DNA of 63,268 nt, counting the filler, from Basidiobolus ranarum (taxonomy: Eukaryota): the NCBI GenBank assembly GCA_040143965.1. It is 18 parts of 18 records of this genome, joined end to end, with 100 filler letters (N's around TTAATTAATTAA, not from the genome) between each part and the next. Parts side by side here need not be neighbours in the genome. Positions count along the whole stretch, not along the records: positions 1 to 3,435 come from JASJQH010002492.1; positions 3,536 to 6,969 come from JASJQH010002493.1; positions 7,070 to 10,500 come from JASJQH010002494.1; 15 more parts are not named here. One strand, written 5' to 3'. Positions 1 through 10,500 of this stretch are shown one piece after another. A model generated the notes under the pieces. It did no database searches. It had not been told where the DNA came from and was given only the letters and a program-made list of their open reading frames with translations. Position numbers and translations under genes: made by a program. Position 1 is the first letter of the stretch; the number at the start of each line of letters is the position of its first letter.

Positions 1-184
1 GGATCAGAGCCATTAACAATGGAATATATTGGTGCTAGGCTTTTGAATCAGGAATTAAGGAGATCTCATACTCAGCAAAATAATGCAGAACAGGCATTTT
101 TTGGAGCCGCAAAACATCCAACAGGCTTCAATAATGGTGCCCCAAATATGAAATTAATCATTTGCAAGTCTTGCAAGAAGCCAG

Positions 185-1264
185 TGTAGTTGTATTAGGA
201 TGTAAGCAGCAACTATAACTGCAATATCCTAAGGTTTTTGTGAGGTGATCAAAGGGTGTGATAACCATGATTAAATAACTCTCGGATGTACTGTAATATG
301 TGTCTGTCTGTTTCCTCTTGGGTCTTTGTGAAAGGGAAGCAAGCCTCTAGAAAAGTCTAAGGACTGATAAACCACAATGCAATGTCCAGCTTTCTGTTGT
401 ATAATATGCTGGTGCCTGACAAAAGAATATACTGGCTTCAATATCCTTTGAAAATCATCAGACAAAAAGTGTACATCCAATCAAAAGCAACTGTAAACTC
501 AGTCGTCAGGGTCTTAAACATGGATGCACTAGTAGTGATTTATCCAAGGATATGAAAAGTTTGTTGCCTATGCAGACAAAGCTAGGGAAAAATATAAAGT
601 ATCAGAAATATAACAACTACCTGTCAGTACTTCCTTTGAGCCAGTCAAGTCCTTTCTAGTCACACAGTAGCCTATAACTGCCTTTAGTAGTCTCTCTTGA
701 GCTTCCTCTTCAAAAGTCTTGTAATCAGTGATGAAAATAGAGGATTATCACAAGTAGTAATTGCTAGTTGAAAACCAGGATGATTTTTTATTTGAAAAGA
801 TATTGCTCCTATTTATACTTTTCTGATGGTAAAAATGATTACTTATGAAATTTCCAGAAAGTTCTATTATTGGGGAACTGGGGTTATGATATCACCATAA
901 GTCATATTGTTAGTAATCCATGGAATGTTCCAGAAGGTTGTAGAATAATCCAGAAGGTCATGGAATGTTGTAGCAGAATCAAGTTTTGATGGGTCAAAAC
1001 TCAATCAATCATCAAATATTCCAAGAATATTTTGGAATGTTCTGAAAGATTGTAGAGTTTTCCAGAAAATGATAGGGCTAATGTGGGTTAACACTGATAA
1101 ATTTGATATAATAGGGGAAGATACTAAAGGTGTGATATGATTGCCTAAAACATATGGGTAAATCAAATATGGATAACAAAATAGAAATCTTGCAATAGTA
1201 ATGAAATGAGCTCAGAGTGGAAATAAGTCAACCTGCTAGTGGGTAGCAATGCTACCCCACTACA
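185..1264 (-). mobile_element. Solo LTR (1080 bp) with 4-bp TSD CCAG
   Basis: Termini TGTAGT...ACTACA; CCAG at 181-184 and 1265-1268. Removing it restores the host CCHC knuckle. TATAAATAGG on the minus strand at about 808-817. A second copy of the same end lies at 28240-28544. Confidence 0.8.
847..1067. promoter_or_regulatory. Three phased nGAAn/nTTCn arrays (heat-shock-element-like) in the LTR U3
   Basis: GAAatTTCcaGAAagTTC at 847-864; GAA every 10 bp at 923, 933, 943, 953 and 963 (GAAtgTTCcaGAA...); a third 10-bp-phased array at 1025-1067. Confidence 0.65.
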
Positions 1265-3435
1265 CCAGGCCATTCAATCAAAGATTGCAGAAAAAAAAAT
1301 TTTGCAAAAAAAGCTAAAATCAGAACAAACAAATTAAGTAAGCACTGATAGGGAAGATCTATTTGTGTCTGCCCTGTTAGTAAACACTAAAGAAGACTCA
1401 GAAATGTGGTTCATTAGTTCAGGAGGTTCCCAACATATGTCAAACAAGAAATATTGGTTTTCCATCTTGAAATCAATCCAAACAAGGAAAGTATACTCAG
1501 GTGATGACTTTGCACCAGATGCAGGTGGCAGGATCACAGTTGTGCTCAAATTTGACCAAAATTCAGCTTTACCATCTGCAATATTTATTGATATACTCTA
1601 TGTAACAAATATAGCCAAAAATCTACTCTCAGTAAGCCAAGCAACAGCTCAAGGACTAAATTTCATGTTCAGCAAGGCAGGATGCACTATCACAGATCAG
1701 AGTAATTCCAAATTAGCTATTGTAATCAAAACTCAAAACTTATACAAGCTTGAAATCAACAAATTATATTCTGAGCATGCAAACTTGGCAAAAACCAGTG
1801 AAATAAGTTGTCAAACATGGCACTGAAGATAAGGCCACATTGGGGAACAAAAATTGACCCAAACAATATACAATCAGCTTGTTTTAGGATTATGAATTGA
1901 AAATATCACTAAATCGGATCTGTGTGAAGGTTACATATATGAAAAACATCACAGGCAGCTATTTTGAAGCTCTTGAGAGATTATATTCACTCAGAATTTA
2001 GCCCTGTATCATTCTGACCTATGTGAGCCCATGAAAACTGTCCCACCAGGTGGGAAAAGTAACTTAATGACCTTCATTGATGAAAAAACAAGATATACTT
2101 GGGTATCCTTTCTCAAGTCAAAATATGAAGCCTTAGCTACATTCAAAAACTACAAAGCAATGGTTGAGAAAGATTCAGCACAAAAAACAAAGGTAGTATG
2201 GACTGATAAAAGTGGAGAATACTGCTCCAAAGACTTTGCTAGTTTTTGTTCTAAATATGGAATTAAGCAACTAACTACTGTACCTTATACTCCACAGCAA
2301 AATGGAGCTGAAGAACATGCTAATAAGATCAAAGTGGAGGTGGCAAGATTAATGTTACATGTTCAAAAGTTAGATAGCTAATATTGGGCTGAATCTCTCT
2401 CTACTGCAGTCTATACCAAAACCAGAAGCCTAACAAGATTGTTACAAAATTCTACTCCATTTGAAGCCCTATATATTGATCCAAACTAACTTTGGATCAT
2501 CTCAGGATTTTTGATTGCACAGCATCTTGCTTGAATCCATCTCAGAAACACTATAAATTGGAACCCAATAGCAAAAAATGCATATTTCTTAGTTACTGTG
2601 CTGGATCTATGGCCAACAGACTGTTTGACATCAAAAATTGGAAGTTAACTATGTGCATAGATGTGATTTTTGATGAAAACGTAAGTTTTGAACCTCAATT
2701 CACAGTTCTTGATCCAGAAAACACAATTCACACTATTCAGGAGATGTATGACAAAACTCCAGCTGTATCTAAGCTCTATTCAATAAAATTTCCAGCCCCT
2801 TTTATATCAGAGGATTATTCAGGACCTGGAAAATCATCCAGAAGAAGAAAAAAGCAATGAAACTGGTGGAACCCTTCCAATGATGAAGTATATTCTTATC
2901 CAGTATTCTGTGATGAGCAACAGACTCTAGATCAAGCTCTGAGGTGTCCAGAATGAAAATTATGGGAAAAAGTACTGTCTGATCAGTCTTCTTAACTTCA
3001 GGACAATAACATGTGGGTTTTAACTCATCTACCATCTGGAACAAACCAATAAGTTGCAAATGGGTCCACAAAGTTAAGCACTGAGCTGTTAGCATCATGG
3101 AAATGTTCTAAGCAAGAATAGTTGCCAAATATTGTTCCCAGACTCCAGGAGTTGATTTTAATGAAACCTTTGCTGCAGTAGCTAAGTTTTGCTCCATTAG
3201 ATCAATCCTGGTACTCTGAGCCATCCATAACCTTGATTTATGACAAATGGTTGTAAAACAGCCTTTTTGAATGAAAATCTAGAAGAAGAAATCCATGTGG
3301 AGCAACCAGATGGATTTGTTGACCCAAAACTTCCTGATATATTCTTTGAGCTGCAAAAATTGCTCTATGGACTCAAGCAAGCACCCAGGGCATGGTACAA
3401 CAAGATAGATACCTATTTTGAATCTCTGGAATTCC

Positions 3436-3535
3436 NNNNNNNNNNNNNNNNNNNNNNNNNNNNNNNNNNNNNNNNNNNNTTAATTAATTAANNNNNNNNN
3501 NNNNNNNNNNNNNNNNNNNNNNNNNNNNNNNNNNN
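3436..3535. other. Artificial contig linker (first of 17)
   Basis: N44-TTAATTAATTAA-N44, with stops in all six frames. Copies start at 3436, 6970, 10501, 14031, 17560, 21087, 24614, 28140, 31664, 35185, 38704, 42222, 45734, 49244, 52753, 56260 and 59765. Segment lengths never increase along the window. Confidence 0.98.
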
Positions 3536-3633
3536 AGAATGCAAGCCAACGATATTGTGACGGTTCTCTGACGGTTTTGCTATTTCGGAGGGTGGATCCG
3601 ATCCGGATCAAATCGATTTTATTTTTGTTAGGG
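3536..3633 (+). mobile_element. CACTA/EnSpm terminal sequence (transposase-distal end)
   Basis: Ends ...GATTTTATTTTTGTTAGGG, the reverse complement of the CCCTAACAAAAATAAAATC start at 62939. Subterminal TGACGG motifs. Same sequence as 51640-51738, downstream of the transposase. Confidence 0.8.
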
Positions 3634-3996
3634 CAAACCATAGAGTAGAGTTTGTATCACTCAGACTCTTGAGCCTCACTGAGCAGGAAACGTTTACCAT
3701 TAAACTTGTTTAAATCTAACCAAATCAATTGTACTACTTAGCCCAATAACATTGGATTGTCTTAATTAATTGGTACCTTCCGGAATGAGCAATTCCACTT
3801 ATAGATATTGCAATATGCCAAGATTCAATACCTCTTAGAGTGATAAAACAAGTTTATTTTCTGCGCCACAATCTGCCTCTTGCCATCCATTATATCCACT
3901 GAGCTCAATAGAGTATGCTCTGACACTCAGCAGGGCAATGTGGCATTAGCCCTATACCACGAATCGGACATCTTTAAATTCTGATGAGCTGTTAAA

Positions 3997-4567
3997 CTAA
4001 TGCTTGCAAAGTCCGTGTTGAATATCATGAGTGATCTTCTCGGCAACGGCAATTGTTGTCGGATTTGTTGCCACCGAAACAACGTCAGAATGGCAGCATG
4101 CATCTGCGATACGTAATCTTCTATGCCAAATACGCGCCCATGATTGTCCACAACCGCATATGTATCGCCGACGCGTCTCATAGGTGCCGTGGAAGTCACG
4201 TGATGATAACTCGTTGCTTCGTCGCTGATCCACTTGGATAGAGTTTATATGTTCTTCATATCTGGAGGTGGATAGACTCGGCCAAGAGAGACATCGGCCA
4301 TTGGCCCACTCTGCATGATTTTACTAGTTAGAGAAACAGCATCTATAACTTTTAGGATATCTCTTTTGTCTCCAAAGAGGTAGGTAATAACAGTATGTAG
4401 CCTTTGTTTATCTTTAATATTGAAAGGGTATGCGCCAACCCCTAAAGTGAACTTTCCATTGAAATCTCGGTGATATCAGGATCCTCAGAGAGGCGGCTTG
4501 CAATAACGGCACCCGCGGAGCCTCCTCCAACAACAACGAAGTCATATTGGTGGTTTGCAGAAGACAT
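3997..4567 (-). pseudogene. GMC oxidoreductase remnant with internal deletions and frameshifts
   Basis: ATG at 4567 gives [30 protein letters not shown] (FAD-binding motif); then GVGAYPFNIKDKQRLHT; then SYHHVTSTAPM...AVVDNHGRVFGIE / LRIADA...ATNPTTIAVAEKI. Only about 570 bp in total. Confidence 0.88.
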
Positions 4568-6732
4568 GGATGTAATTGATAAAAAATATATAAACTGTGT
4601 AGAATGATTTTAGGATGAAGGAAGGAGAGTCGAGTATATAGGAACGTTTTTGCTAGGACTTAGAAACCGACAGATAGTGTGATCAGAGACGAATCTATAA
4701 TTTTAAAATGTTCCACAAATCTTTGCTCATTTCATGCTATTGTTTGGCATGGATTTCTATTGCTTTAACTAGTAATTTCTGTCTAGCTGTATTTACTTTG
4801 TAAGAATAATTAATACTTACACACATCATCTGTTTTATACTATAGGCTAAGTAGTAACTTAAGTTACTGATTACGTTTTGTTGCTAGGCGTTACTGGACT
4901 TTGTTCTGTTACGTTGTGGTATATAGCCCATTGATTAGCAAATTATTACTGGTTGTAAGTGGAATAATTGGCTACAATAGGGCACTCTATTTGCACCTAG
5001 GATTGGAAATTGCACTATGTCAGAATCAGTAAGCCACTCATACTTCACTCTCCAGTTGCTCAGAAAGCAAACCATGGTCTTGTCATCGAGGCTAGAAGGT
5101 ATTGGACGCAGTGGCATCAATAGCATATTTTTCGCCAGGTTTCTCACCTTTATCACCCAAACATCCTTAATCATTTGACGCAGTAAGTTTCGTTAACTGT
5201 GATTAGTCAGAGTAACTATAGAGCTTACAAAGAAAATGCACTCGGTCTGTGCGTAGGCTGAAACAGTATGTGTGTACTTAAAGTATTAATAATTCTAAAA
5301 TAGTCTCGTAGTATGTGTTATCAAATCCAAAATGCTGATTCATCAGGAATTCCATCCGTGGTGCTATGGTGGCTCACAGAGAGTGTGTCGCTTGGTGGAA
5401 TTTTCGGTGTATATCCAAACTGGAGTGCTACATTATTTGCAGGTTTCACCTGTCTCTACAACAAACTAGTCGTAAGAGTATTCTAGTAGTGCAGGCATTC
5501 GAGCGTTAAGAGATTACTTTGGGTGCAAATGATTGGCCTAATGAATAAATAAGCTATAGAACTCTAACCAAATTACTCAATAAACGGCTACAGATCAACA
5601 GGAACGCACTAAATCTTATTTTATTTAATGCACCTGTGACTTGTTCAATATTTCAAATCATCCATGAGGGTCAGATTCACTTATCCCGATTTGACCATGA
5701 CTGAATAAGGAGAGATTAGGTTTTGACAATCCAGGATATGCTTCACAAAACTATTAGCAAGACCATATTCATCTCATCTCATCCAATCCACATCTAGATT
5801 GGCGATAACCGATACCAATCTCATTGGCTGAATATTTGAAGTAATCGAACTAACGCTAAGGCGCTGACTCCTTGGTTGGATGTTCCTAATACATCAATTA
5901 TGGTAAACACGTGTGCTCTCATTGCTGAGAATATGACACAAACATCAGTCACGATACCAGTATGAGCTTCCGGTTTCTTGGATTATTCTGATTCATTCTG
6001 CGCTATCTAAGTATTGATCTCTCCTTTACCTGGTATATATATATATACCTTATTCTGAAGAGAATCCTTGAATCCCGGCATTGATGGGTCATTCCTCTAT
6101 ACTAGAAGTAAGAATCGCCAAGATGTTGAGAAGTCTGCTGCTCCGCCCAATCTCAAAACATTTGTCTTACTTTATAGCCAATTGCGACCCATTGAGAAAA
6201 AGTCAGTCTGATGATTAAGCATCAGAAACATGGCAGTATTAATATTCTGGTGTTTGTAACGATCTGGTGGTTGGTTACTCTCGCCTTGAAATGATCTAGA
6301 ACCCGCAAAGGGCACTATTGTGCAGAAGACCCGGGAAACCACTGGAGGAATACTGAATCATTTTATAGCAAAAAGGTGGACGGTAAAGCTTCAATACTTA
6401 AAATGGTATGGACCAACTTAGTCGATTTCTACAATTTTGGCATCCCTCTCAGCCCACTTCGCCCTGCTCCATTTTGGAAAGATTAATCAGCGGGTAAATG
6501 TTCCAATGATAGTGAACATGCTCATTTCATGCGTAACTTTCTACTTCTTACTATTTCAAACTAACAAACTGAATTGAATTTTTTAATCTTAAACGTAGCA
6601 TGTATTGACGCAAGAATAGCCGCAAATAGAGTAAACAGCCAGTTCAGCCAATTTCAAGTCCAAATATGATGCTCATATTATAAGCCACATATCACCTTAA
6701 CAAACAAATGCCACCGGACTAATAAGAAGGCG

Positions 6733-6906
6733 CCCAAACTTTGCACACATGTTCCTGGGACCTTTTCTACCATATTCTACATGCTAGTTTGCTCGCACTT
6801 TGATAAAACTATGTTCAAGAGCCAAATGAAAGTATGGAAAGCCTTGGAAGATACCTACCAAACATGTTCTGCTGCCAACAAGATGCTTCTAAGAAGACAA
6901 TTCTTG
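6733..6906 (+). mobile_element. Fused copia LTR fragment and gag fragment
   Basis: 6733-6812 matches the LTR at 18790-18870; 6813-6906 matches gag (KVWKALEDTYQ...ANKMLLRRQF) at 59950-60055. Confidence 0.7.
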
Positions 6907-7069
6907 AACATACCCCTATTTATCCACTTTATCTAATCATGAAAGCTCTTATTATCACAGACAGCTGATNNNNNNNNNNNNNNNNNNNNNNNNNNNNNNN
7001 NNNNNNNNNNNNNTTAATTAATTAANNNNNNNNNNNNNNNNNNNNNNNNNNNNNNNNNNNNNNNNNNNN

Positions 7070-7807
7070 GAAAAGGATCAGCACTTTAACAAACTTACAT
7101 ATAATCCAAGAGGTTTATGTGTAAATATAAGTTATTCCAATCAAGAAACTATTGAATTATGGCTTAAGAGATTTGGCCATATTGAATTTGATTATTTGAG
7201 CAAAATGATTGCAAATTGCCTAATTTCAGGAATTCAAATTAACTCCCCAACATAAAATTGAAACTTGTGAGGGTTTTATATATGGAGAACAAGCCAGGAA
7301 CCCATTCAAGTGCTGTGGTTTAATCAAATATGTCAAAAAATTGGATATAATTCATTCAGATTTGGGTGGACCTATGCAAAATTTTCTTTAGGCAGAAAAA
7401 GATATTTGATCACTTGTATTGATGATCATACAAAATACACATGGGTCCACTTCATGGAAAGAAAAGAACAAGCTCTCTCTATCTTTAGATATTTTAGAAC
7501 ACTTGTGGAGACTGAAACTGAAACTAAAATCAAGAAAATATGTACTGATAATGGTGGAGAATATACTTCAATACTAATTAAGCATTTTTGCAAAGTTCAT
7601 GGATTTAAGCTTGAAACTACTGCCTCTTATTCACCTCAACAAAATGAAGCTGCTGAAAGAGCTAACAGGACTATAATAGAAATGGCAAGATCTATGATAT
7701 ATGCACAAATTTATCTCATGACTTTTGGGTGAAATCTGTTGCTACTGCTGTATATCTGAGGAGTAGCAGTTTGCTAGAAGTCTGTCTGATGCTACACCAT
7801 ATTGAGC
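7070..7807 (+). mobile_element. Ty1/copia pre-integrase and integrase fragment
   Basis: RYLITCIDDHTKYTWVHF...TDNGGEYTS...YSPQQNEAAERANRTIIEMARSM. Closely similar to 61040-61760 and to 36950-37665 (minus). Confidence 0.9.
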
Positions 7808-10500
7808 TGTTGAAGTTTATTGCCTTTATCATATTTGTTACCTCTATCATCATACACCTACCTATTTCATATAACACATATAGGTTAGTTAACGTTATTT
7901 AGTCAAATATCACTTAACTGAAGATCAGAACATATATTATATATATATATGTGAATAATGTGCAAATTAGCAATTCCATATTGGAAATTTCAAACTCATT
8001 CAAATTGCCCTAAAAATAGCTCATTTTACTCCCACAGATGTTCTGAACACAACCCCAGTGTTAGTTTTCTGTATTTCCACCAAAATGTATAAATGCTTTA
8101 TTTCTGGACAATAGATAGTTATCTCACAAAGCTATTTACAACTCCACTTTTCTAAAGTTCCTCCCAACAGCCCATATTTTCCCAATAGGTTATGAGCCCC
8201 ATGTTCTAATCTTGACAGCATGATAGAAACCACTACTACTACTTTTTTTAACTCAAGTGTTGAAAAGCTTGATGGAGAAAATTACAATTTCCAGAAGTTC
8301 AAGATGCAAATCATGCTGGAAGACAGGGAGCTTTTGGATGTAGTCTCTGGAGATGAAAGGAACCTTCTGACCTTTCTTTGTTGGAAGCTTACAAGAAAAG
8401 AGACAAGAAGGCCTTTAATGTCATTTGTCAAAGTTTGAAGAATTCACAGCTTGTGAATATTCAATATGCAAAGACTTGGTCACAGCTTAGGAAGCAAGAT
8501 TGGACAAGTTTTCTTTGGAGTTTGTGGAGGCAAGGCCAATGGATCAACATCTCAGAAGTAAGAATTTGGAAAAAGAATCAGAGGAAGTAGCTCTTTTAGG
8601 AGCTGGAAAATGTAGCTTTAACAAGTAAAAATGTTACAAAAGAAGGAAACCAGGTTTATGCTATGTTTGTAACAAATCAGGACACCAGTTAAAAGATTGT
8701 AAATCAAGAAATTACAACAATAATGAGAAGTCAGAATAAGCAAATCAGGTTTAAACCAAAGAGGAAGTTTTATCCACTTCTGCCCTATCAGTGACCTCTG
8801 AACAAGACTGTAGGTTACGGTATATTGACTCTGGAGCCTCTCATCATATCTCTAATCAAAAATTGGTTCAAGACACTCAAAACCGACATAAAAAAGAAGG
8901 TTTATATGGGAGATGACCTGCCACTATAAGCTCTGGGAGTAGGAGAAATAAAAGTGGATCTTGGGGGCATCTCTTGGGACATGTATTTGACACTGGAAAA
9001 TGTGCTCTATGTGCCTGAGATAGCAAAAAATTTGTTATCAGTGAGTAAAGCTACATCTGAAGCATATAGCTTTAATTTTGATCAAAATGGCGGTACAATC
9101 AGGGATCAAAAAGAGAATTTCATAGCTTCTGGAGCTAAGCAAAAAAACTTGTATTAGATCATTATATTAGATCAATATATGAACAAGTTAATACTATCAC
9201 TGCTGAATAGATATATTGGAAAATCTGGCATAGGAGATTGGGTCATCCAGGAGCCAAAAATATGAGAAATTTAATCAAAAACATGAGGTTTTGGGACTGA
9301 ATTTTGTATTTCCACCAGGCTGGAGTTATGTGAAGGTTGCCTATATGGTAGGCAATATAGACAGTCATTTGTGAGCTCTGAAATGAGCAAAATTGATCAA
9401 AAATTTGGCCTGATACACTCAGATCTGTGTGGCCAAAAGCAGACAAAATCCTTAAACAGAAAAAGGTATTTTAGGATCTTTATTGATGATAAGATAAAGT
9501 ATACTTGGGTGTACTTTCTGGCCAGTAGGCATGAAGCCTTTGATACCTTCGAAAAGTTCAAAGCAATGGTGGAGACTGAAACAGGTCTCAAGATTAAGAT
9601 TATCTGAAGTGATAATGGAGGGGAATATACCTCAAAACTCTTCTCTAACTTCTGCTCAACACATGGGATATAACAGCAGACTATAGTGCCATATTCTCCA
9701 CAACAGAATGGAGTAGCAGAATGTGCAAACAGATCAATAATGGAAAAGGCAAGATCAATGCTTCATGATCAAGATTCACCAAAACAGTTCTGGGCTGAAT
9801 TGGTTGCAACTGTGGTATTTATTAGTAATAGATGTCCTTCTAGGTCTCTATTTGCTATGACATCTTATCAAGCTTGCTTTGGAAGTAAACCTGATGTGGC
9901 TAATCTTGGAGTTTTTGGAAGTACTGCATATGCAATGATTGCAGGCCAGAAGAGATCAAAATTAGATCAAAAAAGCCAGAAATGTCTTTTTTTAGGATAT
10001 TGTGATGGAACAAAAGAGTACAAACTACATGACACTGAAAATAAGAGGCTAATCAAGTCAAGGGACATGAAATTTGCTGAAGAAGAAAAATTTCCAATCA
10101 ACACAGTCCAGGATCACAACAAACAGCCAAAAATTGATGAAAATTCTTCTTTTTCACACCAGATTCTGATAAGTGAGAAAAACATTGAAAATCCTTCACC
10201 TGCAGTCTTCTCTACCAGGCTTGAGGTGGTTTCATTGCCTAAATTGATACCAGAAGTTGTAGTGCAAATAATCCATCTTAAGAGAGCCAATTGCATGAGA
10301 TCTTCACCTCATTACTATACTTACACTAGCCAAAAGGAGCTTAGTGAGTCTCCTCAACCAAGCCTGAGGTGATTTCATTGTCTAAATTGGTACCAGAAGT
10401 TGTAGTGCCAATTTTCCTTCTTAGGAGATCCAATTTGATGAGATCTCCACCTGATTACTACTCTCACACTAGCCAAAAGGAGCCTAGTGCAAATTTAACC
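7808..10500 (+). mobile_element. Second Ty1/copia element: 5' LTR 7808-8187, primer-binding site (PBS) 8188-8199, degenerate gag-pol; nested in the previous element
   Basis: TGTTG start; LTR ends CAATA, followed directly by GGTTATGAGCCC. gag EKLDGENYNFQKFKM; knuckle CYVCNKSGHQLKDC; YIDSGASHH protease; WHRRLGH; integrase YSPQQNGVAECANR. Confidence 0.92.
10214..10489 (+). repeat. Tandem duplication of about 143 bp in the integrase-RT linker
   Basis: Units start at about 10214 and 10357 (ACCAxGCyTGAGGTG...CACTAGCCAAAAGGAGCyTAGTG). Each carries the LRRSN.MRSPP.YY-type motif. Confidence 0.85.

Larger units (their letters stand above)
1..3435 (+). mobile_element. Degenerate Ty1/copia retrotransposon internal region (gag zinc knuckle, protease, integrase, start of RT), interrupted by an LTR at 185-1264
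   Basis: CKSCKKP|GHSIKDC knuckle split by the insertion; WFISSGGSQHM protease-like; KNLLSVSQ; WH*R*GH; TFIDEKTRYTWV...PYTPQQNGAEE integrase; KTAFLN...[14 protein letters not shown]. Copia order PR-IN-RT, with many stops. Confidence 0.93.

Noticed and set aside
185..1264. Insertion as a DNA transposon with long terminal inverted repeats (Ginger or MITE)
   Set aside because: The inverted match is only 6 bp, and the internal TATA/U3 layout fits an LTR. Not fully excluded.
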